A DNA stretch of 15,394 nt from Myxococcota bacterium. GTDB taxonomy: Bacteria; Myxococcota; JACRCW01. Positions within the stretch are counted from its first letter, which is position 1. Every line of letters begins with the position of its first letter. The position numbers and the translations under genes were made by a program. Location of the stretch: positions 1 to 15,394 of the forward strand of contig JBFMGU010000254.1 of assembly GCA_040752415.1 (NCBI GenBank), written 5' to 3'. Positions 15,358 through 15,394 of the stretch are shown here, piece after piece. Below the pieces are notes generated by a model that worked only from the letters and a program-made list of their open reading frames with translations, ran no database searches and was not told the DNA's origin.

Positions 15358-15394
15358 GGCGCCGGGTTCGCGAGCGGATCGCGGACCCGGCGTT
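15358..15394 (+). terminator. 16-bp stem-loop after the lipoprotein gene; probable terminator
   Basis: GGCGCCGGGTTCGCGA (15358-15373), a 5-nt loop, then TCGCGGACCCGGCGTT (15379-15394), fully paired with three G-U wobbles. Any U-tract would fall outside the window. Confidence 0.6.

Overview
High-GC bacterial window with 12 supportable protein-coding genes. The gene content (FHA-GAF-cyclase, caspase-like fusion, Ser/Gly-tethered lipoprotein) is suggestive of Myxococcota, but this is inference. Left (199-4228, minus strand): a translationally coupled four-gene copper/redox operon encoding a YVTN beta-propeller protein, two SCO1/SenC proteins and a CxxCH cytochrome c fused to a shortened periplasmic-binding-protein domain. 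It resembles the accessory genes that follow large MnxG-type multicopper oxidases, but no oxidase lies upstream; a divergent DUF305-like gene lacking the usual His-His pairs sits there instead. Middle: a secreted caspase-like (C14) protease with a six-repeat beta-propeller, converging on an asnB - GT4 glycosyltransferase - transglutaminase-like/TPR unit, with an alpha/beta-hydrolase gene upstream of asnB. Right: an FHA-GAF class III adenylate cyclase and an uncharacterised acidic lipoprotein followed by a hairpin. The first 200 bp hold a strong hairpin and a direct repeat with a 52-bp period. No rRNA, tRNA, CRISPR array or transposase was seen. All family calls come from motif recognition by eye, not from database searches.
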